NCBI GenBank assembly: GCA_949296965.1
Contig: CASFQL010000018.1
Location: forward strand, 81,413 to 145,412
Source: an uncultured Christensenella sp.
GTDB lineage: Bacteria > Bacillota > Clostridia > Christensenellales > UBA1242
Direction: 5' to 3'
DNA: 64,000 bases
The number at the start of each line of letters is the position of its first letter. Position 1 is the first letter of the stretch. Positions 30,629 to 39,798 of the stretch are shown one piece after another. A model generated the notes under the pieces. It did not search any database. It was not told where the DNA came from and worked only from the letters and a program-made list of their open reading frames with translations. Made by a program: the position numbers and the translations under genes.

Positions 30629-31464
30629 AAAAAATAATCCCTCCTAAACAAAATTTATTATATCAATAAAATAGATATAATCAAAATAAAATATAAAAAT
30701 TAATTTCTTATTTTAAACATATCTAATTTAAATTTATTATTAATTCATACAAAACACAATTAAATTTTATTCCTACCTTTAATTTGTTATTTTATGAAAT
30801 AATAAGTTTTTTGTATATTTTAAAAAATTGAATAGAAAACAAAAAAATTAATTTCTTTATTTTATCGTAAAATTTGGGGGTTAAATATACTTTTATTAGC
30901 AAAAAATAATTTACAAAATATTAAGTTCATATTGCGAGAAATAGTTAAATTTAAAAGTTTATACAGAGACGCTCTTTTCTATTATTTTTGCAATGAAGAT
31001 TGTAAAAGTATAAATAGAGAAAAAGACTTTAACATATGATTTAAATTGTTATCATATAAAAGAATATGAAGAATTCTATTAAAAAAAGATTTGTAGAAAA
31101 TGACATTTTTTATAGCAACAACCAGAATTTTAGTCTATTATAATTAATATGTTATCCTAAAATATATCAAATAATGAAAAATCTCAATTCATGTAAAAAA
31201 ACATGCAATCATCTTAATGATTTTTATTCAAAATGTAAATTCAAACAATTATACCTAAAAAAATATATTTTTAAATTGATAATAGTTATGAATATTACAT
31301 AAAAATTTAAAAAAAATATATCAAATGAACATTTTATAAAAAATATGACTATGTAATATTAAGTTGGGATATTGCTATAAAGTATTCTAAAAAAATCAAG
31401 TGATTTAAAACAATTAATAAATCTTATCAAACAAATTAAAATTAAATAAGACCCTTTATCCTGT

Positions 31465-31505
31465 TTAATAAAAATATAACCTAGACTCATAAAATAGTTT
31501 AGGTT
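31465..31505 (-). terminator. probable terminator after ssrA
   Basis: Minus strand: AACCTAAACT-attttatg-AGTCTAGGTT (one A-C mismatch), then a U-rich ATATTTTTATT, starting 7 nt after the tmRNA CCA end. Confidence 0.45.
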
Positions 31506-31511
31506 GATTTA

Positions 31512-31866
31512 TGGTGGAGGTGACGAGAATTGAACTCGTGTCCAAAACGGTAAAAATAAATCTTTCTCCCATAGACAGTTAATTTAAAAATTTAGTTTTT
31601 TAATCTTAAATTAACAAAAAATTAAAAAACGAGTTTGTTTTATAAAATTGCCCTCCAAACATTTGGCAAAGTTTTCTTGCAAAACTGACGCCTAGAAGTT
31701 AGGTGCAAGAAGCCCAAAATCTAAACGGCTAAACTAAGCAGCAACTGCTAATCTAGCATTATTATTGTTTTCTGCATTTAAGCATTTTCCCGTTTTTAAT
31801 GTAGGCAGGAACTACACTATGGCTTAACTTATCCTTCAACCGCCCTGTCGAAACCTTTACACCCCC
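31512..31866 (-). ncRNA. ssrA: tmRNA (SsrA)
   Basis: 5' GGGGGTGTAAAGGTTTCGACAGGG. 3' GGACACGAGTTCAATTCTCGTCACCTCCACCA (tRNA-Ala-like T arm plus ACCA). Tag reading frame GCA GAA AAC AAT AAT AAT GCT AGA TTA GCA GTT GCT GCT TAG (31775-31734) gives AENNNNARLAVAA. Lies directly downstream of smpB. Confidence 0.9.
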
Positions 31867-32297
31867 GCAAGCCTTGATTGTTCTCTTTTAATATCTCTTT
31901 CCTTAATGTCTTCTTTTTTATTGTAGTTTTTCTTCCCTCTGCATATAGCAATTTCAAGTTTAAGTAAATCGCCTTTAAAATATGCTTTAATTGGAATAAT
32001 TGTTAACCCTTTTTGTTCAACCTTTTGTTTTATTTTTAATATTTCGTTTTTATTTAAAAGCAATGTTCTATCTCTATCTGCCTTTAAAGAAAACCCATTC
32101 ATATTTTGATAAGGTTTAACAAAACAATTTTTTAAGGTTACCTTATTCCCAGAAACTAAGATAAAAGCCTCATTTAAAGTCATACCGTTTTGCCTTATTG
32201 ACTTTATTTCAGCCCCTGACAAAACAATTCCTGCCTCAAATGTTTCTAAAATAAAATAATTAAAATTAGCAAATTTATTTGTAGCAACGACTTTCAC
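31857..32297 (-). CDS. smpB: SsrA-binding protein SmpB
   Basis: 146 aa. NKFANFNYFILETFEAGIVLSGAEIKSIR, typical SmpB. The last 10 nt overlap the tmRNA 5' end. Confidence 0.95.
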   Translation of the reverse strand: MKVVATNKFANFNYFILETFEAGIVLSGAEIKSIRQNGMTLNEAFILVSGNKVTLKNCFVKPYQNMNGFSLKADRDRTLLLNKNEILKIKQKVEQKGLTIIPIKAYFKGDLLKLEIAICRGKKNYNKKEDIKERDIKREQSRLAGV

Positions 32298-32391
32298 TTA
32301 TTTTCTCCTATAACATTATATCATATACTCCAATAATTGCAAATAGTTAATTTTGACAAAATTTATTTAAAAACGCAAAATTATATAATAC

Positions 32392-32505
32392 GGAACTTTG
32401 TGCAGTAAAAATTTTATTAATTTAAATTTAATAAAATTTTTACCACGCGATTTTAAATTCCATTTAAAACCGCGTCCAAAAGTTTAACTTTTGGCACAAA
32501 GTTCC
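32392..32505 (-). repeat. four-way-junction intergenic element, copy C (inverted relative to A/B/D)
   Basis: P1 GGAACTTTGTGC (32392-403) / GCACAAAGTTCC (32494-505). Hairpins on the plus strand: a 16-bp GTAAAAATTTTATTAA... stem (32405-43); ACGCGATTTTAAAT-tcc-ATTTAAAACCGCGT (32445-75, one A/C mismatch that becomes G-U on the minus strand); CAAAAGT-tta-ACTTTTG (32477-93). Confidence 0.8.
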
Positions 32506-32587
32506 TTTTTTTTACTAACTCAAATTTTACAACTACAAAATAATTTTAATACCTACAACTATTTTTATTTTTTAATAGGTAACTAAA

Positions 32588-34708
32588 CTATTTTCTTCCC
32601 TTTGATTTAACCTTTCTAACTACTTCAAAATTAAGTTTTCTCTCTTTTTTATCACAATCTACAAGCAAGACTTCAACCTTTTCCCCAATTTTATAAAAAT
32701 TATTATGAGAAACCAAACTTAAACTTTCTTCATCAAAGTTATAGAAATCATCAGTCAAACTAGCAACACTAACTTGTCCTTCACAAGTGTTGTCAAGTTC
32801 CACATAAAATCCACGAGCATTGACACCACTAATGATACCTATAAATTTATTACCAATAAACTGCTCCATATACTCACACTTTTTGTAATCAGTAATTGCT
32901 CTTTCAACATCTTCTGCTAGTTTTTCTTGTATACTAGATTTTTGACTAGACTTAACAACAAACTCGCTTAAATTTTGAGAATTTAGATAAGAAGAATTAT
33001 TTTTTAAATATTCTTTAATAATTCTATGAATTGTTAAATCTGGGTATCTTCTAATAGGCGAAGTAAAATGACAATAATATTTTAGAGCCATACCAAAATG
33101 TCCCAAGCATTTTTCAAAATATTTTGCTTTTTTTAAACTTCTTAACATAACCATATTAACAACACTTTCAATATCTTTACCTTTAATAGAATTTAAAATT
33201 TGTTGTAAATCTTTTGGCTCAACATCTTTACTTTTCAAATCAAAACTAATTCCAAGAGTGTTTATAAAATTATAAAAAGACTTCATTTTATCCATATCAG
33301 GCTTTTCGTGGACACGATAAACAAAAGGAATTCCTTTTTCATCGAAGGTCTTAGCAACAACTTCATTAGCCATAACCATAAAAGTTTCTATAATTTTTGT
33401 AGATTTTGTTGCAACTCTTTTCTCAACAGAAATAGGCATATTATTGTCGTCTACAATAACAACTCCTTCTGGTAAATCGAAATCTAATGCTCCATAACTT
33501 TCTCTTCTTTTGTTTAAAATGAGAGAAAGTTCATACATATCAAGCAGAACATCTTTGATTTCTTTTAATCTTTCACAAGTCTTTAAATCCCCATTAATCA
33601 AATCTAAAACTTCATCATAATTAAGTCTATATTTTGACCTAATAACACTTTCAAAAATTTGGCTATCTAAAATGTCCCCATCTTTACTAATTTTGATTTC
33701 AACAGAAAGAGCAAGTCTATCAACATTTGGGTTAAGAGAACAAATACCATTTGAAAGTTGTTTTGGTAACATAGGAATAACTTGATTAAGAAAATAAATA
33801 CTCGTCCCCCTATTAAATGCTTCCTCATCAAGTGGACTATTTACTTTAACATACTCGCCAACATCTGCAATATGAACACCAAGCAAAAAGGAGCCGTCAC
33901 TTAATTTTTCAAGGCTAACGGCATCGTCCAAATCTTTTGCATCTTTACCATCAATGGTAAAAAGCATTTGACTAGTTAAATCTCGCCTATTTTTAAATTC
34001 ATTTTTATTAATTTCTTGTTTTATAGAATTTGCACAACGCAAAACTTCATCACTAAAAACATCTCTAACCTTATTAAGTCTTAAAAGCCACTTAATATCG
34101 TTACCTTTTTTAGAAAGCGGACCAATAACTTCAACAACTCTGCCTATTGCATTGCCAGATTTATAACTTATGATATCAACTACTACTTTATCGTTATCAA
34201 CAGCCCCCAAATCTTCCCCAGCAGGAATTCTAATTTCCAAATTTTTCTTATCTAGTAAAACATAACCATAATCTTTTATTTTTCTATAAGTTCCAACAAG
34301 TCCATCATTTTCCCTTGATAAAATCTTTAAAATCTTACCTTCTCTTTTTTTGCCCGCATATCCACCACTTATAATTTTTACAAGAACAATATCCCCATCA
34401 AAAGCCCCTTGTAAGTTCTTCTTTGAAACATAAATATCTCCATTAGAATTTAAAACAAACCCAAAATTATTTGAGTTAATACTTAGTTTACCCTTTTCAA
34501 AGCCAAGAAAAGAAATTGTAGCGAACTTATTTTTGCTATATTCATAAATCTCGCCATCATTTACAAGTTCTTTTAACTCATCAAAAACTTTACTAGTATC
34601 TTCCCTTAAATTTGTTGCAACAATATTAGCAAGTTTACTAAGTCCCTTGTGATTAAATCTTTTTTCATTTAATAGATTTAAAATTTTTTCTTTTAAAACT
34701 GTATTCAT
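32588..34708 (-). CDS. rnr: ribonuclease R
   Basis: 706 aa. RNB domain motifs (DGKDAKDLDDAV, HFGMALKYYCHFTSPIRRYPD) and a C-terminal S1 domain. Confidence 0.95.
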   Translation of the reverse strand: MNTVLKEKILNLLNEKRFNHKGLSKLANIVATNLREDTSKVFDELKELVNDGEIYEYSKNKFATISFLGFEKGKLSINSNNFGFVLNSNGDIYVSKKNLQGAFDGDIVLVKIISGGYAGKKREGKILKILSRENDGLVGTYRKIKDYGYVLLDKKNLEIRIPAGEDLGAVDNDKVVVDIISYKSGNAIGRVVEVIGPLSKKGNDIKWLLRLNKVRDVFSDEVLRCANSIKQEINKNEFKNRRDLTSQMLFTIDGKDAKDLDDAVSLEKLSDGSFLLGVHIADVGEYVKVNSPLDEEAFNRGTSIYFLNQVIPMLPKQLSNGICSLNPNVDRLALSVEIKISKDGDILDSQIFESVIRSKYRLNYDEVLDLINGDLKTCERLKEIKDVLLDMYELSLILNKRRESYGALDFDLPEGVVIVDDNNMPISVEKRVATKSTKIIETFMVMANEVVAKTFDEKGIPFVYRVHEKPDMDKMKSFYNFINTLGISFDLKSKDVEPKDLQQILNSIKGKDIESVVNMVMLRSLKKAKYFEKCLGHFGMALKYYCHFTSPIRRYPDLTIHRIIKEYLKNNSSYLNSQNLSEFVVKSSQKSSIQEKLAEDVERAITDYKKCEYMEQFIGNKFIGIISGVNARGFYVELDNTCEGQVSVASLTDDFYNFDEESLSLVSHNNFYKIGEKVEVLLVDCDKKERKLNFEVVRKVKSKGRK

Positions 34709-34770
34709 AATAATATTTTACTAATAAGTTTAATGCGTGTCAAATTTATAGTGAAATGAAAATAAAATTA

Positions 34771-34807
34771 AATAAAAATCTCTCTTACTTGTGTGTAAAA
34801 GAGATTT
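34771..34807 (-). terminator. intrinsic terminator after secG
   Basis: Minus strand: AAATCTCT-tttacacacaagta-AGAGATTT followed by TTATTTAATTTTATTTT, about 20 nt after the stop. Confidence 0.5.
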
Positions 34808-34826
34808 AAAACATTACTAAATTATA

Positions 34827-35153
34827 TTAAGACCAAAGCGAACCGCCATAACCATACTTAGTAGAAATTAAGAACACAATAGTTAATACTGCAATAATAA
34901 TTGAAAATACAATCGTTGCTCTTTTTAATCTAGCAGCCCTATTTAGCCCTTTGTTTTTTGAATAATAAGTATCTTTAATACCTGTAATAACATTTGTAGT
35001 ATCACTACTTTCAGTTTCTTGCATCATAACAATTATAATTAGTGCTATTGCCGAAACTAAAATTAAACACAATAAAACAAATTTAAATATTGGAAAGAAA
35101 TCTGCACGCCAATTAGAAACAAGTTCGCTATCAGCCCCTAAAAGATAAAACAT
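34827..35153 (-). CDS. secG: preprotein translocase subunit SecG (probable)
   Basis: Two TM helices flank a polar loop, ...ALIIIVMMQETESS..., resembling B. subtilis SecG (IALIIVVLLQSSKS). Conserved position upstream of rnr-smpB-ssrA. 108 aa is long; a later start is possible. Confidence 0.65.
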   Translation of the reverse strand: MFYLLGADSELVSNWRADFFPIFKFVLLCLILVSAIALIIIVMMQETESSDTTNVITGIKDTYYSKNKGLNRAARLKRATIVFSIIIAVLTIVFLISTKYGYGGSLWS

Positions 35154-35217
35154 AAAATAAACTCCTTAAATAAACTAGTTGAATTTTAACACAATAAATA
35201 ATTAAAATCAACCAAAC

Positions 35218-35421
35218 CTAGTAAAAAATTAAAAAAGTAAAGAAAAACATTGTCGTTAAAACAATATACTTGACACTTTTTGCAGTATTTTTACCATCAT
35301 CATTAAGCATTTTTCTCATATAAATTATAGTAAAAATCACACAAAAAGTAATAACGGTTGACCGAAAATCATAAAAAAAATTATTCCTTAAAAAATTTAA
35401 TATCGTATTAACCGCTTCCAT
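35218..35421 (-). CDS. small 2-TM membrane protein, hypothetical
   Basis: 67 aa. AGGAG 5 nt upstream of the ATG. Two hydrophobic helices. No family recognised. Confidence 0.45.
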   Translation of the reverse strand: MEAVNTILNFLRNNFFYDFRSTVITFCVIFTIIYMRKMLNDDGKNTAKSVKYIVLTTMFFFTFLIFY

Positions 35422-35673
35422 TCTTACTCCTATGCATCTATTATAGTGTAATTATAATAAAATTACAAGAGCAATCTTTAAAAAAAATGAAATATATTAA
35501 TAAGATACAAAATTTTATTTCAAACAAAAAATATTTAGATATACCATATAAATTATGTTTAAATACATATTAAATTAGTTTCCGCTACTTTCTTTTAGTC
35601 CATAAACCAAAAAATAAAGTAAAAAATATAAAATTAAGAACTTATAGTAAATTATGAATTTTAAATTTAAGAA

Positions 35674-36450
35674 TTATTCTTTTTTTCTAGTTTTACAAGG
35701 GCAAAAAGCCTTGCAAATTTTAGCAAACTTTTCAGGTATTAAACTAGCACCGCCGACTAAAACTCCATCGACATTTTTAATTTTAGCAATTTCCTTACAA
35801 TTAACTTCGTTAACGCTACCACCATAAACAATAGTAACTTCGCTAGCAATTTTTTCGTCATACAAATCAGTCAATTTTTTTCTAATAAAGTCAATAGATT
35901 GACTAATTTCTTTTTCAGTTGCAACCACTCCTGTTCCAATAGCCCAAACAGGTTCATAGGCAATAACAATGTGATTAAGCTCATTAGCATAAATTGAATT
36001 TAACCCTTTTGTTAACTGACTAGACAAAACTTGTTCGGTCAAATTATTTTTCTTGTCAAACAAAGTTTCCCCTAAACAGAAGATACAAATAAGTCCGCTT
36101 TTTAATGCTTTAAGTATTTTTTTATTTACTAAAACATCATCTTCTTTAAACTGATTTCTTCTCTCGCTATGACCTATCAAAACTGCTTTTGCACCGACAT
36201 TTGAAACCATTTCAGCATTAATCTCCCCCGTAAACGAGCCATAAGCATTTTCATTAATATTTTGACCAGCGATTATAAAGTTAGTGTCACTTGCCTTATT
36301 GACCGCAGAATAAATAGAAACACTTGGGACCGCAATAACAACCTGACAATCACATTTATCGGTAAGTGAAGAAAGTTTATCTAAATAATCACAAACCTCA
36401 TCATTAGTTTTATTCATTTTAAAATTGGCCATAACATATTTTTTTGGCAT
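35674..36450 (-). CDS. tpiA: triose-phosphate isomerase
   Basis: 258 aa. NFKMN, LIGHSERR, AYEPVWAIGTG and YGGSV motifs. Confidence 0.95.
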   Translation of the reverse strand: MPKKYVMANFKMNKTNDEVCDYLDKLSSLTDKCDCQVVIAVPSVSIYSAVNKASDTNFIIAGQNINENAYGSFTGEINAEMVSNVGAKAVLIGHSERRNQFKEDDVLVNKKILKALKSGLICIFCLGETLFDKKNNLTEQVLSSQLTKGLNSIYANELNHIVIAYEPVWAIGTGVVATEKEISQSIDFIRKKLTDLYDEKIASEVTIVYGGSVNEVNCKEIAKIKNVDGVLVGGASLIPEKFAKICKAFCPCKTRKKE

Positions 36451-36463
36451 AGAAAAATCTCCT

Positions 36464-37978
36464 TTATTTTATTAAATTTTGTCCCGTCATCTCAAATGGC
36501 TTATCAATATTCATCATACTTAAAATAGTAGGTGCAATATCGGCAAGGGTTCCATCTTCTCTAAGCGTCTTTTTCCCCACTCCAAAAATTATTAAAGGAA
36601 CAAGAGAAGTCGTGTGAGCAGTATTTGGAGTTCCATCTTCATATCTCATAACATCCGCATTACCATGGTCCGCGGTAACAATTCCCTGTCCATTCCTTTT
36701 TAGCATCTCATCTACAACAATTTTGACACACTCGTCAACTACTTGAACGGCCTTTATTGTTGCTTGTAAATCCCCAGAATGTCCCACCATATCGCAATTA
36801 GCAAAATTTATAGCAATAAAATCATAATTATCCATAACTTCAAGGGCTTTTCTAGTAATTTCTCTTGCTCCCATTTGTGGACAAGAAGCATAACTAGACA
36901 TTTTTTCAGAGTTAATTAAAATTCTATCTTCATTTTTAAAAGTATCTTGCTTGCCTGAGTTAAAGAAAAATGTTAAATGAGCATATTTTTCAGTTTCAGC
37001 AATTTTTACTTGTTTTACTCCGTTATTGCTTAAAACTTCTGACAAAATATTTTTTGGCTGTTCATTTTTATAAACAATGTGAACATTTCTAAAATTTTCA
37101 TCATATTCGGTCATAGTTACAAAATACAAATCTAAATTTTTTACAAAATCTAAATCATTCTTTTCCGCCATAACAAAGGCAAGTTGCCTTTCTCTATCTG
37201 CTCTAAAATTATAAGAAATTACAACATCTTTTTCTTCAATCAAACCAATAGGGCTACCATTACTTGTTATGGATATAGGCTCAATAAATTCATCGGTTTG
37301 ATTATTTTTGTAAGCAAAATCAACAGCATCATAGACATCATCAAATTTATTGCCAATTCCACTTGTCCAAAGTTCATAAGCCTTTTTATTTCTGTCAAAA
37401 TTTTTATCTCTATCAAGTGCATAAAATCTACCAACAATAGAAGCAATCTTCCCACAACCAACTAATTTAGTATAATCTTCGACTTGACTAAGGTATTTTT
37501 TGATACTCTTTGGAGGAGTATCTCGCCCATCTCCAATAAAGTGGATAAAAACATCATAAAATTTATTTTGTTTACACATTTCAAGCAAAGCAAATAGATG
37601 TTCAATATGAGAATGAATTCCGCCGTCTGTTGGTAAACCAATTAAATGAATTTTCTTTTTATTTTGTTTAGCATACTTAATTGCTTTCAATAGTTCTTCA
37701 TTCTTAAAAAAAGCCCCACTTTCAATGTCCATATTAATTCTTACTAAAATTTGATATGTAACTCTACCGCTACCAATAGTCATATGCCCCACTTCGCTAG
37801 TTCCCGCCTGTCCTTTTGGAAGACCTACAAACTGCTCACTTGCCCCAATTTGAGTATATGAAAATTCATTTTTAAATTCTTGCAAATTTTTAGTATTAAG
37901 AGGGGTAATTCCACTTCTACTAAAATCTTTTGGGATACCAAATCCGTCCATTATAATTAAACAAGTTTTTTTACTCAT
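36464..37978 (-). CDS. gpmI: 2,3-bisphosphoglycerate-independent phosphoglycerate mutase
   Basis: 504 aa. LIIMDGFG, SEVGHMTIGSGR, ITADHGNA-like TADHGNAD. Confidence 0.95.
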   Translation of the reverse strand: MSKKTCLIIMDGFGIPKDFSRSGITPLNTKNLQEFKNEFSYTQIGASEQFVGLPKGQAGTSEVGHMTIGSGRVTYQILVRINMDIESGAFFKNEELLKAIKYAKQNKKKIHLIGLPTDGGIHSHIEHLFALLEMCKQNKFYDVFIHFIGDGRDTPPKSIKKYLSQVEDYTKLVGCGKIASIVGRFYALDRDKNFDRNKKAYELWTSGIGNKFDDVYDAVDFAYKNNQTDEFIEPISITSNGSPIGLIEEKDVVISYNFRADRERQLAFVMAEKNDLDFVKNLDLYFVTMTEYDENFRNVHIVYKNEQPKNILSEVLSNNGVKQVKIAETEKYAHLTFFFNSGKQDTFKNEDRILINSEKMSSYASCPQMGAREITRKALEVMDNYDFIAINFANCDMVGHSGDLQATIKAVQVVDECVKIVVDEMLKRNGQGIVTADHGNADVMRYEDGTPNTAHTTSLVPLIIFGVGKKTLREDGTLADIAPTILSMMNIDKPFEMTGQNLIK

Positions 37979-37980
37979 AT

Positions 37981-39426
37981 TTACCTTGCCTTACTTTCCT
38001 TTTTAACAGCACTTTTAGTTTTATTATCAGCCTTAGTCTTTAATGTGCTAGAATTTTTCTTACTATCTCCCTCTTTTTTCTTAGAATCTTTATTGCTTTT
38101 ACTACTTACCTTTTTATCTATTTTCTTAACACTTGAAGCAAGTTTTTGTTTTGTATCAACCTTTTTTGTTAAAGAACTTTTTAAAGAAGAAGTTTTTTTA
38201 GAAGACTTAACTTTTTTAACAGTTTTTTCTTTAATAGGATCGCCTGCATTAGCAATAATTTCAATTCCTGGTAAAGTTTTACCTTCAAGGAGTGCTAAAC
38301 TTGCCCCGCCACCTGTTGATAAATGATCAACTTTTTTACCATAGCCAGACTTAACAACAGCAGAAGCGCTATCACCACCGCCAATAAAACTAAAACCTTT
38401 TGTCTTTGCAACATATTTTGCAATTTTATTTGTCCCACGAGCATAGATTGGATTTTCAAAAACTCCCATAGGGCCATTCCAAATAACAGTTCCTGCTCTC
38501 TTTATGTATTTTTTAAAAAGTTTAATTGTCTTAGGACCAATATCAAGCCCCATATAATTGTCGTCAATTTGATTTGACAAAAATCTCACAGGCTTTTCTT
38601 TACTATCAAAATCAGTATTACAAATATTGTCAATAGGAAGAACAATTTCTGCCTTTTTGTCTTTTGACATATCAATAAATTTCTTACAAAGTTCAATTTT
38701 TGAGTCATCTACGAGAGATTTTCCAACTTTTCCACCCTGAGATTTTATAAAAGTATAGGACATACCACCCCCGATTAAAATATAGTCCGCCTTATCAAGT
38801 AAGTTTTCAATAACAGGAATTTTATCGCTAATCTTAGCCCCACCTAAAACTGCTACAAGTGGACGATTTGGATTTGACAGAACTTGACCAATTATTTTAA
38901 GTTCCTTACTAATCAAAAAGCCAATTGCATTTGGTAAAAGTTTTGCGACCCCATAAGTTGAAGCGTGCTTTCTATGAGCAGTTCCAAAAGCGTCGTTAAC
39001 ATAATAATCAGCAAGACCAGCAAGTGCCTTACTAAATGTTGGACTATTTTCTTCTTCCCCGCTATCAAATCTTAAATTTTCTAATACGACAATTTCCCCG
39101 TCTTGCATTTGACTAATTTTTTCTTTTGCATCTTTACCAATCGTATCAAGTGCAAAAGTAACTTTATTTTTTACAAGCATAGACAACTTTTCTGCAACAG
39201 GTTTGAGAGAATACTTACTATCAACCTTGCCCTTTGGTCTTCCAAGATGAGAACAAATTATTACCTTTGCGCCGTTATCACATAGATAATTAATTGTAGC
39301 AAGACTTTCCATAATTCTGGTATTATCAGTGATTTCACCCGTTTCAAAGTTCATAGGAACATTAAAATCAAGCCTTAATAAGATTTTCTTACCCTTAACA
39401 TCTAAATCTTTAATAGTTCTTTTCAT
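37981..39426 (-). CDS. pgk: phosphoglycerate kinase with ~88-aa K/S/T-rich C-terminal tail
   Basis: Start taken at MKRTIKDLDVKGKKILLRLDFNVP (ATG 39426). The track's 36 extra N-terminal residues are probably not translated. Canonical end ...STGGGASLALLEGKTLPGIEII is followed by AGDPIKEKTVKKVKSSKK...KKESKAR. Confidence 0.93.
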   Translation of the reverse strand: MKRTIKDLDVKGKKILLRLDFNVPMNFETGEITDNTRIMESLATINYLCDNGAKVIICSHLGRPKGKVDSKYSLKPVAEKLSMLVKNKVTFALDTIGKDAKEKISQMQDGEIVVLENLRFDSGEEENSPTFSKALAGLADYYVNDAFGTAHRKHASTYGVAKLLPNAIGFLISKELKIIGQVLSNPNRPLVAVLGGAKISDKIPVIENLLDKADYILIGGGMSYTFIKSQGGKVGKSLVDDSKIELCKKFIDMSKDKKAEIVLPIDNICNTDFDSKEKPVRFLSNQIDDNYMGLDIGPKTIKLFKKYIKRAGTVIWNGPMGVFENPIYARGTNKIAKYVAKTKGFSFIGGGDSASAVVKSGYGKKVDHLSTGGGASLALLEGKTLPGIEIIANAGDPIKEKTVKKVKSSKKTSSLKSSLTKKVDTKQKLASSVKKIDKKVSSKSNKDSKKKEGDSKKNSSTLKTKADNKTKSAVKKESKAR

Positions 39427-39798
39427 AATCAACCTCTTAATCTTTTTATAAGAATATTTTAGCAATTTACACAATTTTTGTATATAAAAATTAACTACTT
39501 TTTTAAAATTTTTAAAAAAACAATTAATTTGCATTTATTTGTAGAAACAATAATTATTATGTTATAGAAAATAATTTCTTGTAAAATTATTAACTAAAAA
39601 AATGCAAGAATTTAGTCAAAAAAAATTGAAAAATAAAGATATTCATATGCACATATAAGCATAAAATTTTTCTAAAATTTTTAGCACTCATAAGATATGA
39701 TTTTTTTTAAAAAAATCAATATGAATTATTTGCAATTTTTTTTGTAATATAAGTTTTTATTGCTACAATAAAATAAAAACAAATATATGTAAAAAGAC

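Noticed and set aside
39427-39534. 36-residue N-terminal extension of pgk in the ORF track; similar extensions for map (54656-54727), rpsH (59344-59367), secD (7060-7083) and yajC (9322-9327)
   Set aside because: In each case an internal ATG with a proper Shine-Dalgarno aligns with the canonical N-terminus of the family. The longer versions would overlap upstream genes or start at non-ATG codons without an RBS.
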